From positions 26,970,001 to 27,034,000 of the forward strand of contig OX597831.1 of NCBI GenBank assembly GCA_951406725.2: DNA of 64,000 nucleotides, given 5' to 3'. The notes below the pieces were generated by a model. It ran no database searches and was not told the DNA's origin. It was given only the letters and a program-made list of their open reading frames with translations. The DNA is from Octopus vulgaris. Lineage: Eukaryota. This document shows, in pieces, positions 27,847 through 42,586 of this stretch (positions are counted from its first letter, which is position 1; each line of letters starts with the position of its first letter). The translations under genes and the position numbers were made by a program.

Positions 27847-28007
27847 TTATATTTATATTTATATTTATATATGTGTGTGTGTACATATATATATATATAG
27901 ATATATATACATATTTGTAAATATATATATATGTACGTATATATAAACACATATACGTATATATATATACATATGGGTGGGTATGTGTGCATATATATGT
28001 GCGTGAG

Positions 28008-28066
<59 letters not shown>

Positions 28067-28252
28067 GCGCACACATATATGTATGTGCAAATAAATGTGT
28101 GTGTGTGTGTAAAGGGGTACAAGATATGTAAATGAATCTCATAGACATGCATTAGTTTTGATATGAGCTTACGATATTATCTTGATATATTTCTGTATAT
28201 TTATCTCATTCGTATTTGATATGACTATGTAGCTCGTATACAAGGGAAAAAG

Positions 28253-28298
<46 letters not shown>

Positions 28299-28444
28299 TA
28301 TATATATATATATAAAACAGAGTTATTGGTAAGGGGTCATCTATCCGGGCAAAATATTTCATAAGCTCCCTATTTACACACCAGGCTAACAGTATTATTC
28401 AGAGTAGAAAATGAACACCTAGTATTCTTATAGTAGGTCCCAGG

Positions 28445-28484
<40 letters not shown>

Positions 28485-28592
28485 GTATGTATGTGTGTGT
28501 ATATATATGTGTGTGTGTGTGTGTGTATGTATGAAAGTAAATATATATATATATGTGTGTGTGTGTGTATGTATGAATGCAAATATGTATGT

Positions 28593-28647
<55 letters not shown>

Positions 28648-29006
28648 TATAAATATGAATGTATTTATACATTTACGTATATGTATGTATGTGTATATAT
28701 ATACAGATATTTGTATGTATATATATATATATAAATATATGTATGTATATATGTGTGTGTTTGTGTATACATACATTAAGAAATCAAATATGAGTACAGA
28801 CTTAACCACGAACAAAAAATTGTTGTTTTTTTTCTCTCTCTGACTCCTCCAAAATTCTTTCTAATATTTTATTGCATAGATACAATGAAACCGGTTGTAT
28901 TTAATTGACAATCTCTAAAATATAGTTCTGTGCTTTCCCCAATTTTTTTTTACAATTTTTAACTATAATTGTTGATCTCTATGAACTCCTAACTACTTTT
29001 CATCTG

Positions 29007-29073
<67 letters not shown>

Positions 29074-29155
29074 ATACATACATACATACACATAGATAAA
29101 CATATATATATATACATATATATGTTTATCTATGGACACCTTCCTGATCTCTTCG

Positions 29156-29208
<53 letters not shown>

Positions 29209-29320
29209 TATATATGTATCATGGCTCGGCTTCGCGAACGAAGATCAGGAAGGCTGTCCATAGATAAACATATATATGTATATATATATATATATGTTTA
29301 TCTATGTGTATGTATGTATG

Positions 29321-29375
<55 letters not shown>

Positions 29376-30339
29376 CGAAAAATAAGAAAATGGAGATAAA
29401 TGAATTAATAAGTATATTTATTAACTGCAAACTAAATATAACCTCTGACAGTTATTTCGATTCGTACTTTAAAGATTATTATTGTAATAATTAAATCCTC
29501 TCATAAAGCAGAATCTAGACAGAGGCAGAAAACGTGACACACTAATGCATTATTAGGTGTGTTTATATATATATATATATATATATATAATAAACCTTTA
29601 CATAAATAAATAACATGAAATACACGAAGGGACGAACATATATATATATATACGCCATTTCATAAGCACAGTAATGAAATCCGAGTCGTTATTGGTTTCA
29701 TTTGGTGAAAAAAGAATAAACTGCTTTGTTCCTCAAAGCACTTTTTCAGACCCAAATATACTACATGCGTTGGTCGTTTATGAAAGGAACGTGAAAGGCA
29801 CTAGTGTTTGAAAACACACAAAAAAAGGACAAGTGAGAAAGGTCGTTGATCTTTGAGCTCAAAGACCAGCGTCGTTTGTCGGACTTTTTCATAAATAACC
29901 AGCCATGTTGTGTATTTCAGTCTGAAAGCGTGCTTTAAAAAAAATGAAACACAAGGCATGTTATCCAAGCTTGTCAGTTTACCATGTTTTTACGGAATGA
30001 AATTAACAATAACCCGAATTACATCCTACGCATATTAAATGATATTTAACACTCTCTGGATGGAGTACTTCTTTTGTTGATTTCACCAGTACAAGACTTA
30101 ATTATGCATATGTGTGTGTGTGTGCATGGTGTCTATGTGTGTGCGTGTGCTCTTTGTGTTTGCTTTTTGTTTGGCGTATATACATACACACACGCATACA
30201 TATATATACATAAATATATATACAAGGAAGTGTGTATCTGTGTGTTTGTGTGTGTGTGTGTGTGTGTGCATATAATAGAAAGGAAATACAAACACCATGA
30301 ATTAACAAAAGTACACGAGATGTTAATATATCGACATGT

Positions 30340-30985
30340 CCTCCTGCTACGCCTCTATTGAGTTCAAGAACCTGATGAAGAGTGTCAGCAAGAGGATATC
30401 GAACTTTTCCTCAAATAAAGACATTTTTTAGGCTGTGCCCCTCCCCCATTACAACGAGGTTTTGGCAACCAGCGGGTTTAAGGATCGCATCTTCTATATG
30501 CCGGGAACTAACACCCACATAAGAGAGCTCCAACGTAAGGCCCTTTGGTTTGCCCCACACTCCTCACCCAAAGTCAAAACCTGCGTGGGAAGGATCTTCC
30601 TCAGATTAGTTAATGAACATTTCACACAATCCCGTACGTACGGATGATTGCTTAAAAGACACAACTTAAGGGTCTCATTCAGCTGTGCGCCCAGTGTAAA
30701 AAAAGATTTTAGTGAACACTTCTAAACACTGCACAGTGGCAGGATGCTCAAGTACGTTTAACAGTTAATGACCTGTAGGCGTTCGATGCAACACTGAGGC
30801 TCTGGTGTGAGGCAGAGGTGGTATCCTCTGAGGTGGTATCCTCAGAGGTGGTAATAGCAACTACAACAGCTGTACCAACAACGTATGGCACATTCACCGA
30901 AATATGTTGGAACAACTGAGGACCCTTTTAAGTTGTGTCTAAATAACCACAGGTCTTCTTTTGGGATCCCATATAGCATTTGAAA
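30340..30985 (+). pseudogene. Penelope-like retroelement relic (RT-EN linker and GIY-YIG)
   Basis: Frameshifted peptides RISNFSSNKDIF, YNEVLATSGF, RKALWFAPHS..VKTCVGRIFLRLVNEHF, LRVSFSC and KYVGTTEDPFKLCLNNHRSSF match typical PLE motifs. Confidence 0.75.
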
Positions 30986-31352
30986 GAAGAGAGAACACTA
31001 TAGAGGATTAAACGGAAGCTCCTGGGGTCCATGTAATCGACTAGTCCTCGCTCCCCAAATTTAAGGCCTTGTACCAATAGCAGAAAGGATTATCGTTATC
31101 ATTAAAAAGGCGGCGTGCTGGCAGAATCGTTAGCACACCGGGCAAAGTGTTTAGCGGTATTTCGTCCGTTGATAAGTTCTGAGTTCAAATTCTGCCGAAG
31201 TCGACTTTGCCTTTCATTCTTTCGGGGACGACAAATTAAGTACAAGTGAAACACTTTCGCCAAAATGGCTGTTCTTGTGGCAAAATTTGAAACCATTATC
31301 ATTATTATTATTATTATTGTTATTATTATTATTATTATTATTGTTATTATTA

Positions 31353-31432
<80 letters not shown>

Positions 31433-31989
31433 GAGTGAGAGAGCATTGCATGCCATCAAAGTGACACTGGGGTACAAATATACGAAGCCCAATATACCCA
31501 TCATGACTACCCATCTGATAAGGGTACAACTGGCACATGTATCATAACCACATATCTGTGACATAGTGATCTCATATCAAGATAAACAGCGCATGGCCTT
31601 GCAGGTGGGGCCCAGTTAGAATTTTCTTCAGGTTGAGTAGCACCTCCCGCTCAAAAGGTCCCTGATTAAGGGTTGTGTAAGGATGTTGAACGAAACACCC
31701 ATGCTTCCAGAGATGAAATATTCAAACCCCAAAGAATCCCTCTCAACACATGGCTATGATGCTCCCCCACTACTTCTGCTCGTGATCAGAGATGCACATA
31801 TCGTCAGCCACTAAGGGACATGCTCAACTGGTTACGGTCAAACAACTGACAAGCAAATCTGTGGTATTGAGCAGAATATTTGCTGTAGCCCATCTTTTAT
31901 ACCAAGACAAAACAATGTACATGATAACACTTCCAATCAGTTCAGATTAGAAACCACGAGAGCCACTGCCTGGTACTGCATCAGGGCAT

Positions 31990-31990
<1 letters not shown>
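31433..31990 (-). mobile_element. ~560-bp non-coding interspersed repeat (family E) embedded in (TAA)n
   Basis: A second, partial copy lies at 34459-34820 (+). This copy is flanked on both sides by long (ATT)n. Confidence 0.75.
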
Positions 31991-32405
<415 letters not shown>

Positions 32406-33187
32406 TTGATATAAAAATACTAAAATAATAAGAATATTGGAGTTTTCCGATGATGACTCTTATTTTATCGACTCCGATAGGAAGACGCGTGTTGTCCATT
32501 GCATCAGCTTTATCAGTTGTCCTTCATAACCAGGACCTTTCAAGTTCCACATTCCGTGAGACATTCCGCTTTTGTCAAGAGAATTTATTATTAGAATTTC
32601 TCAATTGAGATTGGGAAGTTGTCGATTGGTTAACCAGGGCATCCGTATGAGAAGTGTTATAAAACAAACCTAAGGTCACGTGGTAATTCGAAAATAAACA
32701 CGAGACACACCAAGCATGGGCGTTACCCACTAGTAACATGATTATAGAAAATGAAAAAAAAAAAAAGAAAACCAAACCTTGATCTTTTTAACTTTAACCA
32801 CCCTAAATCACCTTCTCATTCATTTCTTTTGTATTATATATATAATTATATATACACACACGCACACACTCATATATACACGCACGCATATACGAGCACA
32901 GTTACATACACAAACACACACATATAAATATATATTTAGCATTTACAAAAACATATAAATGCACATGCATATAAATATATATATTATATATGTGTATGTA
33001 CATATATATATTACATACACACACACACACACATATATATATCAATATGTGACCGCGTGTGTATCGTTGGCGATTTTCTCCGTTAAATCCTCCATTCTTT
33101 CCTTTCCTGAGCGTCCAATAACACTATACTTGTTCCACGACCTCGCGTTGTTCTGTTTTCTCTTTGTTCATGTTTGGAGTAACTATA

Positions 33188-33702
33188 TCTATATATATAA
33201 AACTCTAGTTGTGTGAGTGTCTGTCCCCTTCGATTTAGATTCCTAACTCCTCCCACATTTTGCGGTGCAGTTTAACCAAATTCGGGTATCTTATAGTCGT
33301 GATTAATATCGAGCCCGTCTGGCTATTAGCGCGCGTCTACGATGAGTCTACGATTTTAAAAATAATTTAACATCATTTTTTATTCCATTTTAATGCATAA
33401 TTTTTCGTGTGTCGATGGCGGCGGAGTTGGCGTCCACGCTCAAACACCTGCACCTGTGTTTGCTTCTCCCCCTTCTTCCTTCCCTCGTGAAGCTGTGGGG
33501 AAGGCAGTGTAAGGAAATCAACGTCGTAAAGCGTAGTCTAGGAGACCAGCGTTCTTTTAGAACAACGACTTCATGGCTTGAAGATACCAAAACAGATGGC
33601 TAAGAAAGCCCGAATTGGCATCTATAAGGGAAGTAACTCTCTAAAAATGCTTATATAGTTATTTCCCTTACAAACCCGAGCAACGCCGGGCGATACTGCT
33701 AG
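33188..33702 (+). mobile_element. Non-autonomous Helitron
   Basis: A|TCTATATATATAAAAC 5' end; 3' GC hairpin CCCGAGCAACGCCGGG, then CTAG|T. Confidence 0.8.
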
Positions 33703-33904
33703 TATATATATATATATATATATATATAGGGTCATCTCTTTTGTGTATAAATGTACACTAATTTTATATAGTTATATATGTGCGCGTGTGTGTATACAGA
33801 GAGAGTGGGAGAGAGAAAGAGGGGAGAGGAAGAGATAACTTTGTTTTCATATTTCAAAATAACTTATTACTACTACTACTAATTATAATAATAATAATAA
33901 TTAA

Positions 33905-34458
33905 TTCTGGTTTATTGGCCACAAGGGCTAACAAAAGTCAAGAAAACATGTAAGGACAAAGACAGGACGAAAATTACAAAGGGTTTTGTCCGATAGAAAG
34001 GTCCGTGTAAGCATTCAAGATAACGAAAAATATAACAAATAAACTCCCAATAGGGGGGGCTTCGAAAGGTTAGTCGTGGAAAAACCCATAAAAGCCACGA
34101 GAGCCTGGTCAAAAAGGAGTAGAGAACCCCTTTCTCCTTTTATATTACCTTTTTTGTTTACAGGTGTAACCTCAGAATTGGTCCGTTCATACTGGCCATT
34201 TTTCCGACGTTCACCCACCTTTCAATAAGTTTGCTACAAGACAGTACTTCCCTCTCTACTCTTATCCTCCTTTTCAAGTGGAACTTGAAAAAGTTGATGA
34301 GGCCTTGGCCAAAGAGGAAAGTGTCTGACTTTAGCCCTTTCAAACGGGTCCACCATACCACCTCTTTCGCTACAGCCACTAGACAAAGGAAAATTGCCTT
34401 GCCCTCCCGGTTAAAGGAGGTCGGCAGAGCAATCTTCACTACGGATTCGGCTGATAAA
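33905..34458 (-). mobile_element. Tx1/L1-group LINE 3' fragment
   Basis: ORF2 C-terminus-like IFLCLVAVAKEVVWWTRLK..FFKFHLKRRIRVER..ERW, then a 3' UTR ending TTAGCCCTTGTGGCCAATAAA. Confidence 0.7.
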
Positions 34459-34994
34459 CGCCCTGATGCAGCACCAGGCAGTGGCTCACATGGCTTCTGA
34501 TCTTAACTGATTGGAAGTGTTATCATGTACATTGTTTTGTCTTGGTATAAAAGATAGGACATAGCAAATATTATACTCAATACTACAGATTTGCTTGTCA
34601 TTTGTTTGACCTTAACCAGTTGAGCATGTCCGTTGGTGGCTGACGATATGTGCATCTCTGATCACGAGCAGAAGTAGTGGGGGAGCATCATAGCCATATG
34701 TTGAGAGGAATTCTCAGGAGTTTGGATAATTCACTTTTGGAAACATAGCTGTTTCGTTCATCATCCTTACACAACCCTTAATCAGGGACCCTTTGAGCGG
34801 GATGGGTTACTCAACCTGGTATGATAACAAAAAATACATAACAAAAACACCATCTATATATCTATTTATCTGTCTATCTTTCAATCAATCTGTCTATCTA
34901 CCTTTTTATTTATCTCTATCTATCTATTTATCTTATCTTTCAATCTATCTGTCTATCTATCTAATTATTTATCTATCTCTACCTATCGATTTAG

Positions 34995-35066
<72 letters not shown>

Positions 35067-35432
35067 TTCAATCTATCTGTCAGTCTATCTATCTATCTAT
35101 ATTCTTTAGCTCACCCTCGCTTTCCTCTCCCTCTAATTTCGTACATGTTCTTCCGCCTCATTCCCATTTCGCGTGACTGTTTACGTTCTCATTGGACATC
35201 AAAACAGGAAGAATATATCAAAATGTAATGAAAGAACAACGACGACAACAGCAACAACAACAACAACAACAGCAACAACAACAACAACAATATTAATAAT
35301 AGTAAAAGGTTCTCGCTGAACAGGAAATCAGAGGACATAAATGTATAACATATTTCAAACAAACAAAAGTTATTTTGAAATATGGAAACAAATTTCTCTC
35401 TTCCTCTCCCTCTCTTTTCCTCCTCATCTCTC

Positions 35433-35497
<65 letters not shown>

Positions 35498-35593
35498 GTA
35501 TACATATGTATATGTATATATATATATATATACATGTTTGTGTGTGTGTGTGTGTAAGTGTATGTGTGCGTGTATGTCTATGATTTGGCATGT

Positions 35594-35646
<53 letters not shown>

Positions 35647-35858
35647 CTCGCTCACACACACAAATACATATATACGCATGCACATATATACATATACACG
35701 CATTCATATATGTGTGTGTATCTGTCTACCTATCTCTCTCTCTCTCTCTCAATATGCTTACACACACAGATACATACATATACATATAAGTGTACGTTAG
35801 CTCATACACGCATTTTTTTCTCTCCTTGTTTCTCTCCTTGTTTTTTTTTTCTGTATAT

Positions 35859-35894
35859 CTTTCTGTCGAAGAGCGTAGGCTCGAAACGTAAAAG
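35859..35894 (+). ncRNA. Minimal hammerhead-like motif, family Y1
   Basis: Motif identical to the 7947 copy, within element ~35800-35992. Confidence 0.65.
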
Positions 35895-36833
35895 ACTTGT
35901 TCTATTTCTATTCCTGAGCACTATACTAATACATTTGTTTGTTTGTACTCCACCTGCCTTCGTCTTTTGTTTATTTTCGTAAACCTTCCCCTTATATATA
36001 TATATATATCTTAGCGATGGAGCTGTATTAATACCGAATGACAATCTTTGTTTCCTACTCAACGTAGATGTATTATTAGAACGCCGGGTCGAATACCGCC
36101 GTATCCACTTTGAGAGTTCCTTTCATATAGACGTACGGTACCAAGAGCACAGATATATATCATTAGAAGATGCGAACCATCTGTCATGGATGCCGGACCT
36201 GTCATATCGCGTGATTTCATCGTACTGCGCTTCCTCGGTGTCAGACGTCCGCTAACCGTCCACTAGTAAACTTTCACTGCCAAAGATAAATAAAATTATT
36301 TACTTTTCAGTCACTGGTGCCGCAAATAGCCAGCAGACTTATTAAAAGTAAATATTAGCGACGGAAGCAGAATTAATACTAAATTTGAAACTATATATTC
36401 TTTTTAAGTGCTATCGCGTGATTTCAGCGTACCGTGCTTCCTCTATTGCAGGCATCGTTCGTTGTATACTGGCCAAATCCTACTGCCGATGATATTTAGA
36501 ATTACATCTTACCAAGTTTGTCGGCAACGGCAGCACAGGATGAACGAATCAAACAACTTAGTCGTGATGAATTCCATTTCCATATTTCATCCCAACTAAT
36601 TTTTCTCTCAATTATGTTCTCCTTCCATCTTGTCATCTGTCTTTGTTAAGAGCGTTGAATCAAAAGAAGCGATCTGCCCTCTGTCTTCTGGCCTCTGCTC
36701 TCTACCCTCTACTCGCAGCTTCCCTTGTTTGAATTTTGTTACTCACAACCAGTCTGCATCCACTTTACAACATACTTGGAAATGTCCTGAAAGGATGTGA
36801 GACAAACCCAAGTCCCATCTGACCACTTTTTGC

Positions 36834-36875
36834 GGCATCTACAGTGTCTCGGCGTTTAACTTAAGACAGGATGCC
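36834..36875 (-). ncRNA. Degenerate hammerhead downstream of a Penelope-like ORF end
   Basis: Reverse complement GGCATC-CTGTCTTAAGTTAAACGCC-GAGA-CACTG-TA-GATGCC. Stem I is perfect and the core is eroded. Confidence 0.4.
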
Positions 36876-36984
36876 ATCTGTTTCTGCTTCTGTTTTCCAC
36901 TTAGCAATATTTTTATATTTGGCGCATCACGGCTTATTTCTTTATCCTTCGACTTTCTCATAGACATCTCGGCTCGTATGCTTC

Positions 36985-37310
36985 CTTCAGTTCGACAAAA
37001 GAAACTTGTCCACGTTTTTGCACCTGCTAAAAATTTCAGGCCTGGAATTAAGCAGTGAAGTAGAAATCTTTGATCTAAGAATATGAGCAAGATTTTTCTG
37101 CTACGCATAAGTTGCATTTCTTAGATCCATTAACATATGGATTTCTCTACAATTCCCCACTTGTTTGTATGTGGTGTGGAGTTGGTATTTCAAATACCAT
37201 ATACGTGGCTAGCAAATTTAGTTGCATTACTTTTGTCAACATAGCGTTATTTGAAATCGCCTTCACATACTCCGATGTAATTCTTCTTTCAATTAAGTTA
37301 TCTTCAGCCG
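36985..37310 (-). pseudogene. Penelope-like GIY-YIG C-terminus relic
   Basis: Minus-strand peptides NYIGVCEGDFK, PYVNGSKKCNLCVAEK and LLNSRPEIFSRCKNVDKFLLSN*. Confidence 0.75.
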
Positions 37311-37486
37311 TTTTCCCGCTGTCGAAGGTCTCAGTTTTTTTGAAAATATGTCTAACACATAAACGGAAACTGAAAGATTGCTTGGAGATACATGGTGTAT
37401 TTTATAAATATGTCTATTTAAAGTATCATAAAAGCATGAAATTATTTCGATAGTTTATGAAATCAATATATGTGTGTGTGTATTTG

Positions 37487-37848
37487 GAGGCGCAATGGCC
37501 CAGTGGTTAGGGCAGCGGACTCGCAGTCGTAGGATCGCGGGCGTTGTGAGTGTTTATTGAGCGAAAACACCTAAAGCTCCACGAGGCTCCGGCAGGGGAT
37601 GGTGGTGATCCCTGCTGTACTCTTTCACCACAACTTTCTCTCACTCTTTCTTCCTGTTTCTGTTGTACCTGTATTTCAAAGGGCCGGCCTTGTCACTCTC
37701 TGTGTCACGCTGAATATCCCCGAGAACTACGTTGAGGGTACACGTGTCTGTGGAGTGCTCAGCCACTTACACGTTAATTTCACGAGCAAGCTGTTCCGTT
37801 GGTCGGATCAACCGGAACCCTCATCGTTGTAACCGACGGAGTGCTTCC
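37487..37848 (+). mobile_element. tRNA(Arg-like)-derived SINE family D with RTE-like tail
   Basis: Head GGCGCAATGGCCCAGTGGTTAGGGCAGCGGACTCGC; tail CCCTCATCGTTGTAACCGACGGAGTGC. Confidence 0.8.
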
Positions 37849-38157
37849 ATTTGTGAAAGCTCATGGCTTATCGGTTGGAGTGTTACATTCACGATTGCGA
37901 GATAGTAGTTTTGATTGCCAGACCGAACGTTGCTTTGTGTTCTTGAGCAAAACACTTCACTTCACGTTGCTCTGTGATGATTTCGTCACCTGACGTGTGG
38001 CATGTCGTGCACCTGCACAGGTAATGCCGATTTGATGGAGGAAGTGAGCTTATGTCTACACAAATATTTGATCACCATAAACAAATAATCCGTGTTGCTG
38101 TTCAGCAAGAAATTACAGACCCACCTCATTCGTCGTCTAACAAGGAGAGAGTCCATG

Positions 38158-38215
<58 letters not shown>

Positions 38216-38951
38216 TACGTTTTCTATACGCTTCCTTCTCAACTTCTCGCGCTTTTTGTCAGTCAAATTTTAGTTCATATGTGATTTGTGCCTGACGGAT
38301 ATATTTGAGGTATTTCTCAACATATGAAACTTTTAGTAGTGCGTAATAACATGTATTGCGTCTATTAAATAATATATATATCATGTATCATATATCACAT
38401 ATCCTTTCAGGTTCCATCTACCAAATCTACTAAACAACGCTTTAGTCGAGCCGGAGCTATTATATAAGGCACTTCCCCAAGGAGCCGCATGGCAGATATG
38501 AACCCGGAACCATGTGGTTGGAAAGCAAATTTCTTCTCTTTTTTTCTTTTCGTAATTTTAAGAGTTTATAGTGAGACGCAAGGCTAACAAGTTTGAGAAT
38601 AAAGGTTTACTTGATACTATCCACTCTAGGTGCCTGACCAGTACTTTATTTTATCGACTTCAAAAAAAGATGAAAGGCAAAATTGGCATCAGCACGAATC
38701 GAACTCGGAACGTTCAATGTCGGCGGAAATAGAAACCGCCGCAAAATTCTAACGAATGCACGAATTCATTGGAAAATAACAAGAGTAAGTAATGTAGGAC
38801 ATTGAATCACTAACGCATAAAAACTATTTTCCATAATAATTGTCACATTGTTTCCGTTCAACAAATATTTAAATAATCCGCCCCTACGCATCTATTCATG
38901 AATGCATGCATATGTATATACAAACATAGAATACATACTTAAATATATTCA

Positions 38952-38987
<36 letters not shown>

Positions 38988-38988
<1 letters not shown>

Positions 38989-39366
38989 GCGCAGGAGTGG
39001 CTGTGCGGTAAGTAGCTTGCTTACCAAACACATGGTCATGGGTTCAGTCCCACTGCGTGGCACCTTGGGCAATTGTCTTCTACTGTAGTCTCAGGCCGAC
39101 CAAAGCCTTGTGAGTGGATTTGGTAGACGGAAACTGGAAGAAGCCCGTCGTATATGTGTGTGTGTATTTTTGTGTGTTTGCCACCCCCCACATCGCATGA
39201 CAACCGATGCTGGTGTGTTTACGTCCCCGTAACTTAGCGGTTCAGCAAAAGAGATCGATAGAATAAGTACTAGGCTTACAAAGAATAAGTCCTGGGGTCG
39301 ATTTGCTCGATCGACTAAAGGCGGTGCTCCAGCATGGCCACAGTCAAATGACTGAAACAAGCAAAA

Positions 39367-39368
<2 letters not shown>
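38988..39368 (+). mobile_element. SINE family A
   Basis: Full copy. Confidence 0.9.
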
Positions 39369-39427
<59 letters not shown>

Positions 39428-39428
<1 letters not shown>

Positions 39429-40963
39429 TAGCAAATCTACCCATCTACGATGGAGGCACGAAAACAGAGAGGGAAGTCCTAACAGAAGTATGTATTGAGA
39501 AATATATAAATGTAATGGACTTGAGTAATTACTGGGTGATGTCTTAGAGAAATCACATTATTATTGAATTCTATTCCAGCTATATGATAGATATGTGTTT
39601 GCTACTGACATGTGATGACGTTTCGCTCCCGAACTGAAATAGGCTTTCAGCCTCTTTATTATGAATGGTTATGTGGACCACTCCTAACAAAAGCCAGACC
39701 TTCCTTCGACCACTACATAAAGACTGTTAAGAAACAAATGTTATTTAGATATGCATTTATTTTAGCTGTTTACACTATGTTACGCTTGTTTATACTCTTA
39801 TACATTCAAAGTTCACAAATCTTCAAATCATGAATCGTATTCCTTTCGATAATATCATGGCTGTGTGGTAAGTAGCATGCTTACCAACCACATGGTTGCC
39901 GGTTCAGTCCCACTGCATGGCACCTTGGGCAAGTGTCTTCTACTATAGCTTCGGGCCGACCGAAGCCTTGTGAATGGATTTGGTAGACGGAAACTGAAAG
40001 AAGCCCGTCGTATATATGTATATGTATATATGTGTGTCTGTGTTTATCCCAACTTCGCTTACGTCCCCGTAACTTAGCGGTTCGGCAAAAGAGACCGATA
40101 GAATAAGTACTAGGCTTATAAAGAATAAGTCGTGGAGTCGATTTGCTCGACTAAAGGCGGTGCTCCAGTATGGCCGCAGTCAAATGACTGAAACAAGTAA
40201 AAGAATATATTTTCTGTTTAGTCGACACTAATTTTCAAATTACTGGAGTCCGTTGCTCTACTCATAGCGACGTACAACTGGCCGTACGTAAACATCGGAG
40301 TAGGTAAAATTATACCTACATGATATAAAGTCTGGCCCTGTGCCTTGTTTGCAGTGAATGCGCGAACGAAATATAGGAGTCTTCCCATCTACGATGGGAA
40401 ATAAAGGGATAGTATCGCAAATCTAAACCCTCTAAATTCACGAACTATACGGGGTGGGGTGGGGTCCAGAGTCAATCCTCGTTGCCGGAATTTTGACAAA
40501 AAAAAAATCAAATAGGATTTATTAATACAAAACTCAATATCGGATCTTTTCCTTTTGAAAGCCAGATTTTCCTAGTTAACTAAACAATTTGAAACTTCGT
40601 ATGCTGGTAGAATGTGTCAAAAGAAAACATAATTGTAAACCAAAATGAAAACGAAATATAGGAGTCTTCCCATCTACGATGAGAAATAAAGGGATAGTAT
40701 CGCAAATCTAAACCCTCTAAATTCACAAACTATACGGGGTGGGGTGGGGTCCAGAGTCAATCCTCGTTGCCGGAATTTTAACAAAAAAAAAAAAAATCAA
40801 ATAGGATTTATTAATACAAAACTCAATATCCACTAAATAACCATACTTTTTCATATTTTTTCATGATTACCCTTCGTAATCCCAAAATACACGTAATCAT
40901 TGGCCCAGCCGTTTGACTGTGAAAAGAAACAGACAGACGGACATAACGCTCATCATAGTAAGA
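39428..40963 (-). mobile_element. Non-autonomous Helitron (composite) with nested SINE
   Basis: Minus-strand 5' A|TCTTACTATG..GTCCGTCTGTCTGTTT; 3' hairpin CCATC-GTA-GATGG, then CTAG|T at 39428. Internal ~175-bp duplication at 40365-40540 and 40650-40830. Confidence 0.6.
39858..40206 (+). mobile_element. SINE family A nested in the Helitron
   Basis: Copy with a small internal deletion. Confidence 0.85.
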
Positions 40964-42062
40964 TGTTGATTTACTTCCCCTTGCTTCTTTTATTTGTTAT
41001 CTGCCCCTAAATTTTTACTTACTTTTTTTACGACCGTGACGTACAACTCATTTCTACAGCTGACTGAACTAGAGCAATATGAAATAAAGTGTCTTGCTCA
41101 AGAACACAACAGAGATCCCGGTCCGCGAATGGAACTGACTACCTCATGATTGTCAACCCAACGCTCTAACCACTGAGACATGCGCATTCATATGTGTGTG
41201 TTCATGCGCGCACATGTGTGTGTATTTACGTCTATATGTATATATATGTATATAAATGTATACGTGTGTATGAGTGTGTGTGTGTGTGTGTGTGTGTGTA
41301 CGCGCATGTGTGTGTATTGATGTTCGGTGCATTGTATTCGGAGAGGTAAGGTTTCCAGTAACTAATGAATATATATTTAAATAAACGTTTATGGATAATA
41401 ATGGATGAAATATATCAGATAGCCATGGAAAATTATAAGGCTCTGGTCCTTTTTATGTTAGACTTAGGGTGCTCGTGGTTGGGTGAATGGGAGGCTTAAA
41501 TATGTAGAATGAAGCTGTAGCTGTCAAAGTCCATGGATTCACTCAAGTTATCATGTTGGGTTGCTGTCACTTACGTGGATTCAAAGAACTGGTTTACCGT
41601 GATTGGGTACCTTATTCTGGAAAATGTGATTGGATACCTTATTCTAGATGTGACTGGGTTCCTTTTTTTTTTTATTGAAGATGTTTAATAGTCGAGGATT
41701 ATTTCTATCTTGAGCGGCGAATAATTATTGAGGTTGATGAGAGTTCGAAGGAGCCGTCAGAGGCAGCGACATAAATGAGAAAGCTCAAACGAAGAATGCA
41801 ATACTCGTAAACGAAGATGTACCGTCGACAGCGACAGAAATCAATAATCTTTACTCATATTCCAACTTTTTTATAATAATGGGTGATAGGAACAATCTAG
41901 CGTTAATCGTAACAATTTTCAAATTTTTTTATTTTTAACATTTTAATGCTATTTTAAACCGCCAACTCGAGAGGAAATACCTGAATTCCTTTCTTTACAT
42001 TCTTCCTTTCAAAACTTTACGAAAGTAATAATATAATCTTTCAAATATTTCTACATCCTGGA

Positions 42063-42449
<387 letters not shown>

Positions 42450-42546
42450 TACTTAAATTTTCCTCGAATGAGGCTTTTACATGCCGAAGACTACTTGGTG
42501 TAATTGATAATTATTCCAAATTAATTAATTTCACCCTTCATTGTTA

Positions 42547-42586
<40 letters not shown>

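Noticed and set aside
32540-32720. Paired ACATTCC (TEAD-like) words and an E-box; AP-1 word near 47540
   Set aside because: Short motifs are expected by chance in 64 kb.
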